Part shown: piece by piece, positions 19,373-29,506 of the stretch
How positions within the stretch are numbered: the first letter of the stretch is position 1
Layout: each line of letters starts with the position of its first letter
Program-made: the position numbers and the translations under genes
Notes under the pieces: model-generated
What the model saw: the letters and a program-made list of their open reading frames with translations, nothing else
Told to the model about the DNA's origin: nothing
The model's database searches: none
NCBI GenBank assembly: GCA_963666985.2
Contig: CAXXIA010000002.1
Span: 672,001 to 736,000 of the forward strand
Source of the DNA: Spirochaetia bacterium
GTDB lineage: Bacteria; Spirochaetota; Spirochaetia; DSM-2461
Reading direction: 5' to 3'
DNA length: 64,000 nucleotides

Positions 19373-20929
19373 ATGAATTATAAATACTTGGTTGTATCCA
19401 TATTAATTCTCACGACGTTTATCAGCCTGTCACTTGCTTTTTATTCATCAAGAAAATTAAGCAATAAAATCTCATTACCATACATGCTGCTCATGATCGC
19501 AATCGCTTTATATACATCCGGTTATGCCGTTCGATTATGGAGTACAAGCCTCGCGGGAATCTTCTTGGGAATCAGAATAGTCTATATCGGGGCGGCTTTT
19601 TTAGGCCCAATCTGGCTCATTCTTGCGCTTAGGTATAGCGGCTATGATAACTTACTGAATAAATATACTTATCTTATACTTTTAGTCATCCCCATAATCA
19701 CCATAGTCATGGTGAACACAAATAATTTTCATCATTTATATTACACGGATATTGAGATACGGAAAGTCGGTCCTTTCTATCTGGCCATAACGGACGGAGG
19801 ACTTTGGCATTATGTTCATGTATTGAACAATACCATCACCATGGTCGGGGGAACCGCCGCCTACTTATCCATGGCCTATAAAACATCGGGCCGATACAGA
19901 AAACAGGCAATTCTGATGTTTATCACATCGACAATTCCTTGGATCGGATATGTGCTTTATCGGCTGGGTATAAGTTATCACCATATAGATTACATGCCGT
20001 TTACCTTTTTCTTCGTTTCACCGCTATTCGCCATTTTTCTCTTCCATTTTAAGATGTTCGACCTGGTTCCTATCGCGAGAAGTCTTGTTTTTGAAAAAAT
20101 GAGAAATCCCGTATTTGTTCTTGATAATAGAAACAGAATCGTTGATTGGAATAATGAAGCGGGAACCGTATTTGCCGAGCAAATAAACGGAGGGCTGAAA
20201 GGGAAAACGATGGATGCCGTTTTTAAATCTTTTGATGATTTACACCTTCAATTCCATACCGATTCGGATAAAAAAGCGGAGATTCGATTTCCCGGAACTA
20301 ATGGCGATAAATATTATAACTTTTTTTCAATACCGATTTATTCGAGATCAAAAGAATTAATCGGAAGAACTTTAAATTTCCAAGATATAACATCGGAAAG
20401 ATTGCTTATTGAAGAACTTCATCTTATGGCAACAACGGATGCTTTGACGGGTTTATGCAACAGAAGAAAATTTCTTGAGATTTGCGACTATGAAATTAAA
20501 AAGCATAAACGGAAGACAAATTCCCTTTCCATAATCATGATGGATCTCGATCACTTTAAAAAAATTAATGACCGATATGGACATCAAGCCGGCGACATCG
20601 TACTTCAGAATACGGCTCAATGTTTTTCCCGTATTCTCAGATCCGGCAGCACGGCGGCCCGTTACGGGGGAGAAGAATTTATTATTATCTTGCTTCCGGA
20701 AACCGATGAAGAGGGAGCTTTGATCCTGGCAGATCGATGCCGCATGAGTATTGCGGCGATGGAAATACCATATGAGAATAAGACTCTGACTATTACCGCA
20801 AGTATCGGCGTCGCTACTTCTTTCGAATTCGAAAACAACAGTATCGATACGATCATATCCAGAGCCGATAAAGCACTGTATATGGCTAAAGAAAGCGGAC
20901 GAAATCGTGTCGTTGCTTATACACCCTAA
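19373..20929 (+). CDS. Diguanylate cyclase with N-terminal 7TM (HisKA_7TM) and PAS-like domains
   Basis: Hydrophobic N-terminus with TNNFHHLYY; 'VLDNRNRIVDWN'; TDALTGLCNRR, DLDHFKKINDRYGHQAGD, RYGGEEF, ADKALYMAKESGRN. Confidence 0.92.
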   Translation: MNYKYLVVSILILTTFISLSLAFYSSRKLSNKISLPYMLLMIAIALYTSGYAVRLWSTSLAGIFLGIRIVYIGAAFLGPIWLILALRYSGYDNLLNKYTYLILLVIPIITIVMVNTNNFHHLYYTDIEIRKVGPFYLAITDGGLWHYVHVLNNTITMVGGTAAYLSMAYKTSGRYRKQAILMFITSTIPWIGYVLYRLGISYHHIDYMPFTFFFVSPLFAIFLFHFKMFDLVPIARSLVFEKMRNPVFVLDNRNRIVDWNNEAGTVFAEQINGGLKGKTMDAVFKSFDDLHLQFHTDSDKKAEIRFPGTNGDKYYNFFSIPIYSRSKELIGRTLNFQDITSERLLIEELHLMATTDALTGLCNRRKFLEICDYEIKKHKRKTNSLSIIMMDLDHFKKINDRYGHQAGDIVLQNTAQCFSRILRSGSTAARYGGEEFIIILLPETDEEGALILADRCRMSIAAMEIPYENKTLTITASIGVATSFEFENNSIDTIISRADKALYMAKESGRNRVVAYTP

Positions 20930-21053
20930 GCTTTTCGCGCCTGCCCCTCGCATCGTGTAAGAACGGATTCTCATTCTGAGAAGACACCGGAGAAAGTCTC
21001 CTGAGATTCTCTCGGCTCTTGTGAAGCGGCGCTTTTTTACGGCTTATGAAAAA

Positions 21054-21098
21054 GTTGCTCGCTATTTCGCGAAATAGCGAGCAACAACCGCTGTTGGG
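21054..21098. repeat. 32-bp perfect palindrome related to the 15.2-kb REP-like repeat
   Basis: GTTGCTCGCTATTTCG|CGAAATAGCGAGCAAC followed by AACCGCTGTTGGG, between convergent DGC and purC. Confidence 0.75.
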
Positions 21099-21113
21099 CA
21101 GACTTGAACCCAA

Positions 21114-22085
21114 TCAGCCCCGAACGGAATTCGCAAGATTTCGAGAAATCCTCTCTCGGATATCACTCGACGAATCGATTTCGAAAGAACTTCCGGTGAT
21201 CATCTCAAAAAGCCTGACGTACCGGGAAGAGAGCTCCACGACCAAATCTTCCGGTGCTTCGGGAAGAACCTCGTCGGCATAGGGGTCGCAGTTGTCCCGG
21301 AACCAGAGCCGCAGGAATTCCTTGTCGATGTTCTCAGGTTCTTTAGCGGCCGCGAAACGCTCTTCATAACCGTCGGCCAGCCAATAACGCGACGAATCCG
21401 GGGTATGGATTTCGTCGATCAGCATGATGTTCCCCTTGTCATCGGTTCCGAGTTCGTATTTGGTGTCCACGAGGATAAGACCGTGCTCCGCGGCAATCTT
21501 TTGCCCTCGTTCAAAGAGCGCGAAAACGATTCGCGACAGTTTCTCCCATACGGCTTCGCCGATCAGCCCCCGTCCGAGGATTTCTTCGGCGGAGATGGAC
21601 TCGTCATGTTCGTCGTCTTTGGTTGTGGGGGTCAGGATGGGAGAAGGAAACTTCTGGTTCTTCACCATGCCGTCGGGAAGAAGATTCCCGCAGATATTCC
21701 GCTCACCCGCCGCGTATTGAGTCCAGGCGGAGGTACTCGTGGAACCGGTGAGATAGCCGCGCATCACGAATTCAATAGGGAACACCGTACATTTTTTGGC
21801 GACGGTAACGTTCGGATCGGGAACGGAGAGAACATGATTCGGAACGATGTCCTTCGTGCGATCGAACCAGAAGGCGCTGACCTGGTTGAGGACCTGTCCC
21901 TTGAAGGGGACCTCGGCAAGGACGCGGTCGAAGGCGCTTTGACGATCGGTCGTAATCAGAATAAGCCGGTCGCCGAGGTCGAAGGTGTCCCGGACCTTGC
22001 CCTGCCGGCGGTTCGGAAGATCTAAAAAAGAGGTTTCGGCGAGACAGTTTTTAAGATTCGCGCGGATTATGTCTGAGGGAATCAT
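21114..22085 (-). CDS. purC: Phosphoribosylaminoimidazolesuccinocarboxamide (SAICAR) synthase
   Basis: GKVRD, TDRQSAFD, RGYLTGST, LTPTTK, ILVDTKYELG, DEIHTPDSSRYW, DKEFLR. Confidence 0.95.
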   Translation of the reverse strand: MIPSDIIRANLKNCLAETSFLDLPNRRQGKVRDTFDLGDRLILITTDRQSAFDRVLAEVPFKGQVLNQVSAFWFDRTKDIVPNHVLSVPDPNVTVAKKCTVFPIEFVMRGYLTGSTSTSAWTQYAAGERNICGNLLPDGMVKNQKFPSPILTPTTKDDEHDESISAEEILGRGLIGEAVWEKLSRIVFALFERGQKIAAEHGLILVDTKYELGTDDKGNIMLIDEIHTPDSSRYWLADGYEERFAAAKEPENIDKEFLRLWFRDNCDPYADEVLPEAPEDLVVELSSRYVRLFEMITGSSFEIDSSSDIRERISRNLANSVRG

Positions 22086-22348
22086 CTGGAGGCTCCTTGT
22101 CGAAAAGCAGAATATCCCGCGGGGGATGAAAAAGTAAATGACGGGAAGGGCGGATGGGAGCCGGATATCGGCGCGGCCGCCGAGGTAAAAACGCGAATCG
22201 CGGCAAAACGGCGGGGCGATTTACCGCGGGAAGGCGGAGAATCACGATAAACGGCGGGACTCCTCAGAGATCTCTCGGGAAGCACTCCGTCAATGATGAA
22301 TCGGCCGCGGGAAAGGACAAATTCGAGAATCCGGTGTGTAATATATGT

Positions 22349-22714
22349 ATGAAAAAAATAATTCCGAAGGCGGCATTCTTCTCGGCCGCGGCATGCCTCG
22401 CGTTATCCTCCTGCTCCAGTACTTCGGCTTTGGGCTTGGCCAAGGCATCGTTCGTGAATGAAGAACTGGAAAAACTGAACGAGAGAACGGCGGAAATGGA
22501 ATCCTTGGAATCCAGGATCGATGTGCTGTCCGCTCTTGAAGAAAAAATTACAGACCTGGATGAATCCATGGCGGAAGCTCAAGCCGCCGATGAAGAATTA
22601 CGAAACATGGCCGCCGATTTCGCCGCGAGGCTGGAGGGGCTCTCCAGGGATACACTTTTGGAACTCGTCGAGGCCATCATGGAGCATGTGGAAAGTACAC
22701 CGGCGGCCGAGTAA
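22349..22714 (+). CDS. Small coiled-coil lipoprotein, unknown function
   Basis: MKKIIPKAAFFSAAACLALSSC lipoprotein signal; acidic heptad-like body. Confidence 0.7.
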   Translation: MKKIIPKAAFFSAAACLALSSCSSTSALGLAKASFVNEELEKLNERTAEMESLESRIDVLSALEEKITDLDESMAEAQAADEELRNMAADFAARLEGLSRDTLLELVEAIMEHVESTPAAE

Positions 22715-23113
22715 GAATTAAGTTTCTCCGAAAGAGTCGCCCGGAAGCGCCAAGGACCGACACCTCTATCCGCGTCAGCTCCGCCGAAGCCAGCCCGTCT
22801 TAGGGATTGCGAACAAAGCGCCGGCTTTCTCCGAAAAACAGAGTAGGGATTTCGTGCCGAAAACCCAAATCCCGGAACTCCGCATCCCAACTTTCTCCGT
22901 TATTGGGGAATACGGATGAATTGACAGGTAAGGCATTTTCCAGCGCCCCGCGCAGCAATCGAAAAAACAACGGCATGCGTCACGGGAAAAAACGGACTCA
23001 GCCGATTAGCGCATCATCAATTCGCTGAGAACTATTTTCCCGGGTTCTTGATTTCCGCCTCTTTTCCGGAGAAGCTGTTGAAAAGAATCATCACATCATC
23101 CGGAGAAACCGTA

Positions 23114-23881
23114 ATGAACCGAAACCGAATGGAGTCTCTATTCCGAATTCTCGTAACCGTATCGTCTCTTTTCGGTGTAGGCTCCCGAATCGCCGTACGG
23201 ATTCCCGGAGAATCAAGGATGGGAGCTCTGCTGTTCTTCACAATCCAGAGCAACCTGATGGTCGCTCTTTATCTGCTGATCGATATCTCCGCGGGAAGCA
23301 AACACCGGTTTGCTAAGATTGGAACCGCCGCGGGAAAAAATCGCCAAGTCCGGCCCGAGCCCGCGATCAATACCCCAAAGAACACGGCCGGCATGGGAAG
23401 AGACGGAAGCGGAAGAAAAGACAAATTGTCGGGCAATCCTCATTGGCACGCGGTTCACGGAGCCGTTCTGCTCTATATCTCAATGACCGGTCTGATCTAC
23501 AACATCATGCTCGCATCGGACATGAATGCCTCCGGATTCAATGGCGTCGTGCTGTTCGTCAACCACACGGTAACGCCCGTTCTGTTCCTTATCTTCTGGC
23601 TGCTCGGAGAGTACCGCTATTCTTATTCGCCGAAACTGATTCTTCCCTGGCTGATCTATCCCATTGTCTATCTTCTGCTCGGCAGCATCCGAGGTGCCGC
23701 CACGGGAGAATTCCGATACCCTTTTTTGGATTTTACATCCCAAAGCCCCGCCCGCTACGCCGCCGGATTGACCATGGTAACGGCATTTTTCGTTGCGGCC
23801 GCCTGGATTATTATATCCGTGAACAAATGGACAGGGAAAAAAACGGCGGGCGGGCATTTGAGCCCGACCGCCGAGAAATGA
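23114..23881 (+). CDS. Pr6Pr-family (FAR-17a/AIG1-like) membrane protein
   Basis: FFTIQSN, HTVTP, WLIYPIVY, YPFLD motifs. Confidence 0.75.
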   Translation: MNRNRMESLFRILVTVSSLFGVGSRIAVRIPGESRMGALLFFTIQSNLMVALYLLIDISAGSKHRFAKIGTAAGKNRQVRPEPAINTPKNTAGMGRDGSGRKDKLSGNPHWHAVHGAVLLYISMTGLIYNIMLASDMNASGFNGVVLFVNHTVTPVLFLIFWLLGEYRYSYSPKLILPWLIYPIVYLLLGSIRGAATGEFRYPFLDFTSQSPARYAAGLTMVTAFFVAAAWIIISVNKWTGKKTAGGHLSPTAEK

Positions 23882-23993
23882 AGAATATCAGCGATCCGGA
23901 ACAATCATACGCCGTACCGCCGGGTGAGGACGAAGTTTTCCCAAGAGGAAGTCTTATTCCCCGCCCAAACGGCGGATCGGCTCAAACCATGCA

Positions 23994-25376
23994 TCAGCCC
24001 CGCGTGTCTCTTCGAAGAAGCCGCCCCCTGCCCTTCTCACCGACGAATTTTCCGTTCCGAACCTGAATCTTTCCGCGAACGGTTACCGCCGAAGGCGCGC
24101 CGTCGCGCTCCATGCCTTCGAAGCCGTTGTAATCGACGTTCATACTCTGGGTTTTAACGCTGAAAACACCCTTGGCATTCGGATCGTACACAACCACATC
24201 CGCGTCCGCGCCGACTCGCAGCGTGCCCTTTTTCGGGAAAAGTCCGAACAGCCTCGCCGCGTTGGTGGAGCCTACTTCGACGAACCTTTCCAGCGACAGC
24301 GCGCCGCGGGACACGCCGTAGGTATAAAGAAGGTTGATGCGGTCCTCGATGGCCGGAATACCGTTGGGAATCTTGGTAAAATCATCCAAGCCCATGACTT
24401 TCTGATCGGCGAAATCGAAAGGAGCATGATCGGTGCCCACCGTATCCACCAGTCCGGAGGCCAAACCGTTCCACAGAGCCTCATTGTCGGCAATCGTCCG
24501 AAGCGGCGGACTCATAATGTACTTCGCACCCTCGAAATTCGGCCGCTCGGCGAACGTTTTATTTAAAATCAGATGCGGAATCACCGCTTCAACTCCGACT
24601 TTCACACCCCGCTCCCGGGCCCGCATGGCCGCCCGGAGAGATTTGGCGTTGGAAAGATGAACAATGTACCCTTCCGCGCCTGTCAGCTGCAGGAAGGTGG
24701 TGAAATGATCCACCCCGGAAGCTTCGACGAAATCCGGCCGGCTCATCTCGTGGTATTTCGGTTTCCTCTTGCCTTCCGCTAAAAACTTGGCCTGCATTTG
24801 CGCCACGGCCTCTTCGTTTTCGGTATGCGCCGTGGTAATCACGCCCTTTTTCGCGGCAAAACCAAGCAGTTTGAAAAGCTCATCATCATGCACGCCGAAG
24901 AAGTTTTTATAGGCCAGGAAAATCTTAAATGACGACATGCCGTCGGCGATGATTTTCTCCAATTGAGATTCGCTTTTTCCTTCTTCCCATTTGGTTACGC
25001 CGATGTGGAATGTGTAGTCGCAGGACGACTTTTCCGCGGCGAGTTCCCGCCAATGTTCATAGGCTTCCACAATATCCGTGTTCCGATCCGGCGCGCACAT
25101 TTCTATAAAAGCGGTTGTTCCGCCCATCAGGGCCGCCAGAGATCCGGTTTCATGGGTATCCTTGGCGAAGGTTCCCATAAAAGGCAGATGAATATGAACG
25201 TGGGGATCGATGAAGCCGGGAAAAACATACTTTCCTTCGGCATCGATTACCTCGGTTTCCGCCGAAACCTCCAGGTTCTCTCCGATGCGGGTAATGGTTT
25301 CATTCTCGCAATAAAGATCCGCCTTGCGGCGGCCGTCGAAATCAACCAGCAATCCGTTCTTAATCAGCAGAGACAT
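23994..25376 (-). CDS. hydA: Dihydropyrimidinase / D-hydantoinase
   Basis: PGFIDPHVH, GGTT, SFKIFLAY, HTEN, YIVHLS, MSPPLR, GTDHAPF, KIPNG. Confidence 0.9.
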   Translation of the reverse strand: MSLLIKNGLLVDFDGRRKADLYCENETITRIGENLEVSAETEVIDAEGKYVFPGFIDPHVHIHLPFMGTFAKDTHETGSLAALMGGTTAFIEMCAPDRNTDIVEAYEHWRELAAEKSSCDYTFHIGVTKWEEGKSESQLEKIIADGMSSFKIFLAYKNFFGVHDDELFKLLGFAAKKGVITTAHTENEEAVAQMQAKFLAEGKRKPKYHEMSRPDFVEASGVDHFTTFLQLTGAEGYIVHLSNAKSLRAAMRARERGVKVGVEAVIPHLILNKTFAERPNFEGAKYIMSPPLRTIADNEALWNGLASGLVDTVGTDHAPFDFADQKVMGLDDFTKIPNGIPAIEDRINLLYTYGVSRGALSLERFVEVGSTNAARLFGLFPKKGTLRVGADADVVVYDPNAKGVFSVKTQSMNVDYNGFEGMERDGAPSAVTVRGKIQVRNGKFVGEKGRGRLLRRDTRG

Positions 25377-25591
25377 CGAAACCTCCTTTGCTTGCGGCCG
25401 TTTTCGCGGACGTCATAAAACGGCGTTCAAAGCAAGTTAGAATTACCTTAATTAGTCATATCTAATATTATATAATTATGATACCCCCCGCGCAACAGGG
25501 GCACAGGATTCTTCGTAAAATCAGGCGGAAACTTTTCCTTTTGCGGCGGCGCGGACGTTCCGCCTCGCGTTCCAAGATCCGGCTGCTTTCG

Positions 25592-28500
25592 TTATGAATC
25601 CGCGTTCTCTCGTCTTAATCCCGCGGGTTCCAGAAGCCGGCGCCGGTAATGAGAAAAGACGCGGCCGTTCGCGGCATCAACGGCGTTCAACAAATCATCC
25701 GCGCCCGATCCCGGGCCGAGCGTACGGATGGCGATGGGCTCCAGCCGCTCGGCGCCGGAGGGAAGATGATGAACCTGCCGGTCGTCGAAAATCTGAAGCA
25801 GATGTTCGATGCGCCGAAGCAGAATGTAATCCGCGGCCAGTTCTTCCCGGGCATCATCCTCCAAAAGACCCGCCTCCGCCAGCCGCCCAAGCGCTTCCAG
25901 CGTATTGCCCGTCTTCAGTTCCGGATGCTCCGGCAGATACTTCAGCTGCAGCCCCTGAACCAGGAATTCAATGTCTCTGATGCCCCCATGCCCGTCCTTG
26001 ATATCCTTTTCACCGGCTCTTAAAGGTGATGTGCATCGATCGATCGCGGCGCGGCGGTTCTTCTCAATGGCCTCGGCTATGAGGAAAAAGTCGACGGGAC
26101 GGGAGAAAACCGCTCCCGCGCGGGATAAAAATTCCTCTCCGAGTTCCCGGTCTCCGGCCACGGGGCGAAGTTTCAGAAAGGCTTGGATTTCCCATTGGGC
26201 GGCATGTTCCTCGTAATAACGCACCATGGCGTCCATCCTCTGAACCAACTCTCCGCTCCGTCCCCAAGGGCGAAGCCGCATGTCCACACGGTATCCCGCT
26301 CCCTCGGAGGTTGCGACCGAAAGGTCGCTTCGGAGTGCTTCCTGAATCCCGCGGCGCTTTAGCGGTTCTTCGGCCAAGCCGAGGATATCGATATCCGAAC
26401 TGTAATTCAGTTCGCGTCCTCCGAGTTTTCCAAAAGCCAGAACGCAGTATCCTTCGGGCCCCTGTTCCGCTTCTCGGAGAATGCGTTTCAGCGCCGCTTC
26501 GATAACGGCTTCGGCAAGATTCGCCAATTCACCGGTAATCTCTCCGAGAGGTGTTTTCAAGGCAAGATCGCGCGTTCCGATACGCAGGATTTCCTGTCGG
26601 CGGTAAGCGCGCAGGGCGTTCCGCCACGCTTCGCGGTCGCGGCTTCGCCCGTCGAGCTCGGCAAGCGATTCCAAATGGGACTCGACCGATCTGGAGCGGG
26701 ACAGAAGCACGGGATCGGTGGCGCGATCGAAAAGGGAAGGATTGCGAATCAGACTGTCGGCAAGAAACTGACTGCCCGCAAGAAGCTTATGGAGGATTTC
26801 CAGCCTCGTCGGCTGCGCGAGCAGCTCATCATAATGATCCTCCGGATCATCCAGGTTCGCCACCAGCCGCTCCCAATTATTCAGCGCCATATCGGAATCG
26901 GCGGATTGATAAGTGGTGTCGGTGGCAAGAACCATCAGTCTGGCGAATCTGCGTCGGCGTCTCCCGTCTCCCGCCAGGGCGGCCAGATTCGTCCGGGCGC
27001 GGCGTGTGTCCCTGAATCCCGATCGGGAGAGAATCTCGTTCGCCCGTTCTTCGGGAATGTCCGGAGAAAGCACGAGATCCGCGATGTTTCCCGCGGCGGG
27101 CCCGGGAAGGGATTCCCGCCCGAGAGCGGTTTCGACGAAAGTCCGCACCTGTGCCGTTCGTGTTTCGAATTCCAAGCGGAGCTTTCGTTCGGGAGTCAAA
27201 TCACCTCCGTCCCGATACCCCATGCGCCGGGCCAAATGACGGTATTCCTCACTGAAGGGCTCGGGAAGATCCAGATCCTTCGCGGAGCCGCGAAGCATCC
27301 GCAGGGCGTTGATAAGATTCCTTAAGAAGTCGTAGGCTTCGCTCAGCTGGGAAGCTTCTTCGCTCGTCAGAACCGAAGATCGGCCCAGGACGGAAAGAGC
27401 CTCGTGAACGCTGGGCGTTCGAAGCGACACGTCCGATTTCCCGTGCTCAGCCTGAAGGATTTGAACCGTCGATTCCAAATCCACCAGAGCGCCGATGGAA
27501 AACTTCGCGTTAACGCGCCCCGGCCGTGTTTTATCCGCAAGCTGCCGCCGCCGCAGTTCCGTCAATTCAGCCCTGTCAAGACTTCCTTCCGTGTAAATGA
27601 TGTCGTCTCGTATCCGCTCAACCCGGGCGCCGAGCTGCGCATCTCCGCCGATGCGCCGAAGCCTGACGAGCGCCAGCTTTTCCAAACTCGCCGCTTCCCC
27701 GTCCGCCGCATAGTAAGAACAGAATGCCTCAAGAGATGTCGCCAGGATACCGGATTTCCCGTAGGGTCTCAGCCGCAGATCAACCTGGAAGATTCCTTCT
27801 CTTTTGGCGTCTATCAGAGAGACTCCGTCCCGAAGCAGTCTTTCGAAATAATCGGCGTTGGTGGTTGGGGTTTCTCCGTCGGTACCGCCGCTGTCGGAAT
27901 ACACAAAAAGAAGCTCGATATCGGAAGCGTATCCGAGAGCGGAACCTCCGAGTTTGCCGAGTCCGAAAATCGCCCACGTCGCCTCAATTCCCGCGGCCCC
28001 CCGAGGCCGGCCGTACCGTTCGATCTGGCGTTCCTCCGAAATCCCCATGGCCGCCCTCACCACGACGTCCGCCAAGGATGAAAGTCCTCGGCTCATGCGG
28101 CGAAAATCGAAGCCGTCCACCAGAATATGATCAAGGTCCACGCGAAAGATTTCCTTGTCCTTGAAGGCGTTCAGGACGCGCTTTTTCTCCTCCCATCCCG
28201 AAACGTTCTCCAGTTCCTTCTTCAGACGATTTTCCAGCTCTTCTCCGGCCTTGCTGAACGACCGATGCCCGATATGGGGTTTGAGCATCGGAAGAAGCGT
28301 TTCGTACTGACACCGTATGAAATCCTCCCAGAGGAAATCGCTGGCGCCGAGAAGAGCGGCCAAATCACGCATAACCAGAGGGTTTCCCAGAAGATCGAGC
28401 CAGCGGTTTCCGGAACCTTGTTCAATCACATCGCGCACCAGAATCTCAAAGCGTTCCAGAGCCGCCAGAGGGTCGGGAGATTCAGCGAGGAAATACGTGA

Positions 28501-29356
28501 ACTGTTTGGTCAGCAATACCGCCATCTTTACGCGGTCAAGGCGGTCCGCGTCGTTAATCCGGGCCCCGGCATCGTCCGTGAAATCAATCGTATCCTCAAT
28601 CCGGCCTTCAAGAGTTCTGATGGCGACACGTTCGATGGAGATTCCTTCGAGCGCCATTGCCGTTCCCAGCGCATAAAGGAAAAAGGGCGTGTCCTCGGCC
28701 AGAACCGTCATACGATTCATATCCTCGGGACTTTCTTCCATTACAAGTTCCACCGGCTGCAGATATCCCGAAGCCACGGCGGAATCCTTTTCAATGGCTT
28801 CGGCCACCCACCGCTGTACCTTGGCTCGAGCTTTACGGCGTCCGTCCTTATCACCGGGACCGAGCAGCAGGCCGATCTGAGCGAATTTTTTTTCAACTTC
28901 CCGAAACCATCGATCGCCGCTTTCGCCGCTCTCAAGCCGGCCGTGAAACACATCGACAACCACACGGTTGCGTCTTGCCTTCTCCCTGGAACCGCCGCTG
29001 CGGCGGCGATTTCCGGCGGTTCCGCCGCTTTCTTTTGCGGCCGGCGATCGTACCGTAAAGGCATCGCCGCTTAAAATATTGAACCCCGAAACCGCGAGAA
29101 TGCCGGAAATCAGGGAAAACAGTCCTCCGGCGTTCCAGGTTACCACCGATAACGTCGGCTCCAAGCCGCCCTCGTAATACAGAGAAAAGGGAGAATCGGC
29201 CGTAAGAGACGAAGCGCCTTCCAGATGCCGCATCAAAAATTCGTCGCCGTAGCTGTCGAACCAGCGGTCGTCCATCCCCTCCGCGAATGCGGCGGCAACG
29301 GATTCGGAAACGGCGGGACGGGAACGTGCGGCGGGAATGAGTTCTTCACGGGTCAT
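25592..29356 (-). CDS. glnE: Glutamine synthetase adenylyltransferase/deadenylase with N-terminal ACT-like extension
   Basis: Two NTase modules (GLGKLGGSALGYASDIEL...VDLRLRPYG; AFGKLGGRELNYSSDID...VDMRLRPWG...DIKDGHGGIRDIEF); directly downstream of glnA. Confidence 0.9.
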   Translation of the reverse strand: MTREELIPAARSRPAVSESVAAAFAEGMDDRWFDSYGDEFLMRHLEGASSLTADSPFSLYYEGGLEPTLSVVTWNAGGLFSLISGILAVSGFNILSGDAFTVRSPAAKESGGTAGNRRRSGGSREKARRNRVVVDVFHGRLESGESGDRWFREVEKKFAQIGLLLGPGDKDGRRKARAKVQRWVAEAIEKDSAVASGYLQPVELVMEESPEDMNRMTVLAEDTPFFLYALGTAMALEGISIERVAIRTLEGRIEDTIDFTDDAGARINDADRLDRVKMAVLLTKQFTYFLAESPDPLAALERFEILVRDVIEQGSGNRWLDLLGNPLVMRDLAALLGASDFLWEDFIRCQYETLLPMLKPHIGHRSFSKAGEELENRLKKELENVSGWEEKKRVLNAFKDKEIFRVDLDHILVDGFDFRRMSRGLSSLADVVVRAAMGISEERQIERYGRPRGAAGIEATWAIFGLGKLGGSALGYASDIELLFVYSDSGGTDGETPTTNADYFERLLRDGVSLIDAKREGIFQVDLRLRPYGKSGILATSLEAFCSYYAADGEAASLEKLALVRLRRIGGDAQLGARVERIRDDIIYTEGSLDRAELTELRRRQLADKTRPGRVNAKFSIGALVDLESTVQILQAEHGKSDVSLRTPSVHEALSVLGRSSVLTSEEASQLSEAYDFLRNLINALRMLRGSAKDLDLPEPFSEEYRHLARRMGYRDGGDLTPERKLRLEFETRTAQVRTFVETALGRESLPGPAAGNIADLVLSPDIPEERANEILSRSGFRDTRRARTNLAALAGDGRRRRRFARLMVLATDTTYQSADSDMALNNWERLVANLDDPEDHYDELLAQPTRLEILHKLLAGSQFLADSLIRNPSLFDRATDPVLLSRSRSVESHLESLAELDGRSRDREAWRNALRAYRRQEILRIGTRDLALKTPLGEITGELANLAEAVIEAALKRILREAEQGPEGYCVLAFGKLGGRELNYSSDIDILGLAEEPLKRRGIQEALRSDLSVATSEGAGYRVDMRLRPWGRSGELVQRMDAMVRYYEEHAAQWEIQAFLKLRPVAGDRELGEEFLSRAGAVFSRPVDFFLIAEAIEKNRRAAIDRCTSPLRAGEKDIKDGHGGIRDIEFLVQGLQLKYLPEHPELKTGNTLEALGRLAEAGLLEDDAREELAADYILLRRIEHLLQIFDDRQVHHLPSGAERLEPIAIRTLGPGSGADDLLNAVDAANGRVFSHYRRRLLEPAGLRRENADS

Positions 29357-29424
29357 TAAGAATCATTATAGACCGCCGAAGGGATACGGAGGTAAAGATC
29401 CGCCGCCGATTTTGGGAAGTCTTT

Positions 29425-29462
29425 AAAAAAAGAAAAGGGGCCGCCCCTTAAGGACAGCCCCC
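29425..29462 (-). terminator. Rho-independent terminator after glnA
   Basis: Minus strand GGGGGCTGTCC-TTAA-GGGGCGGCCCC followed by TTTTCTTTTTTT. Confidence 0.7.
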
Positions 29463-29506
29463 GATCCGCTTTTTGAACACCAAGTGAGGTGTTGCGTATG
29501 AAGCGT

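Noticed and set aside
20926..21100. Integron attC site after the AT-rich cyclase (ends in GTTGGGC)
   Set aside because: No matching RYYYAAC R'' box at a suitable distance and no integrase; the sequence fits the REP-like family
25431..25447. Sigma-54 promoter for hydA (shares AGCAAGTTAGA with the glnA promoter)
   Set aside because: GG and GC are 12 nt apart rather than 10, so the -24 element is missing
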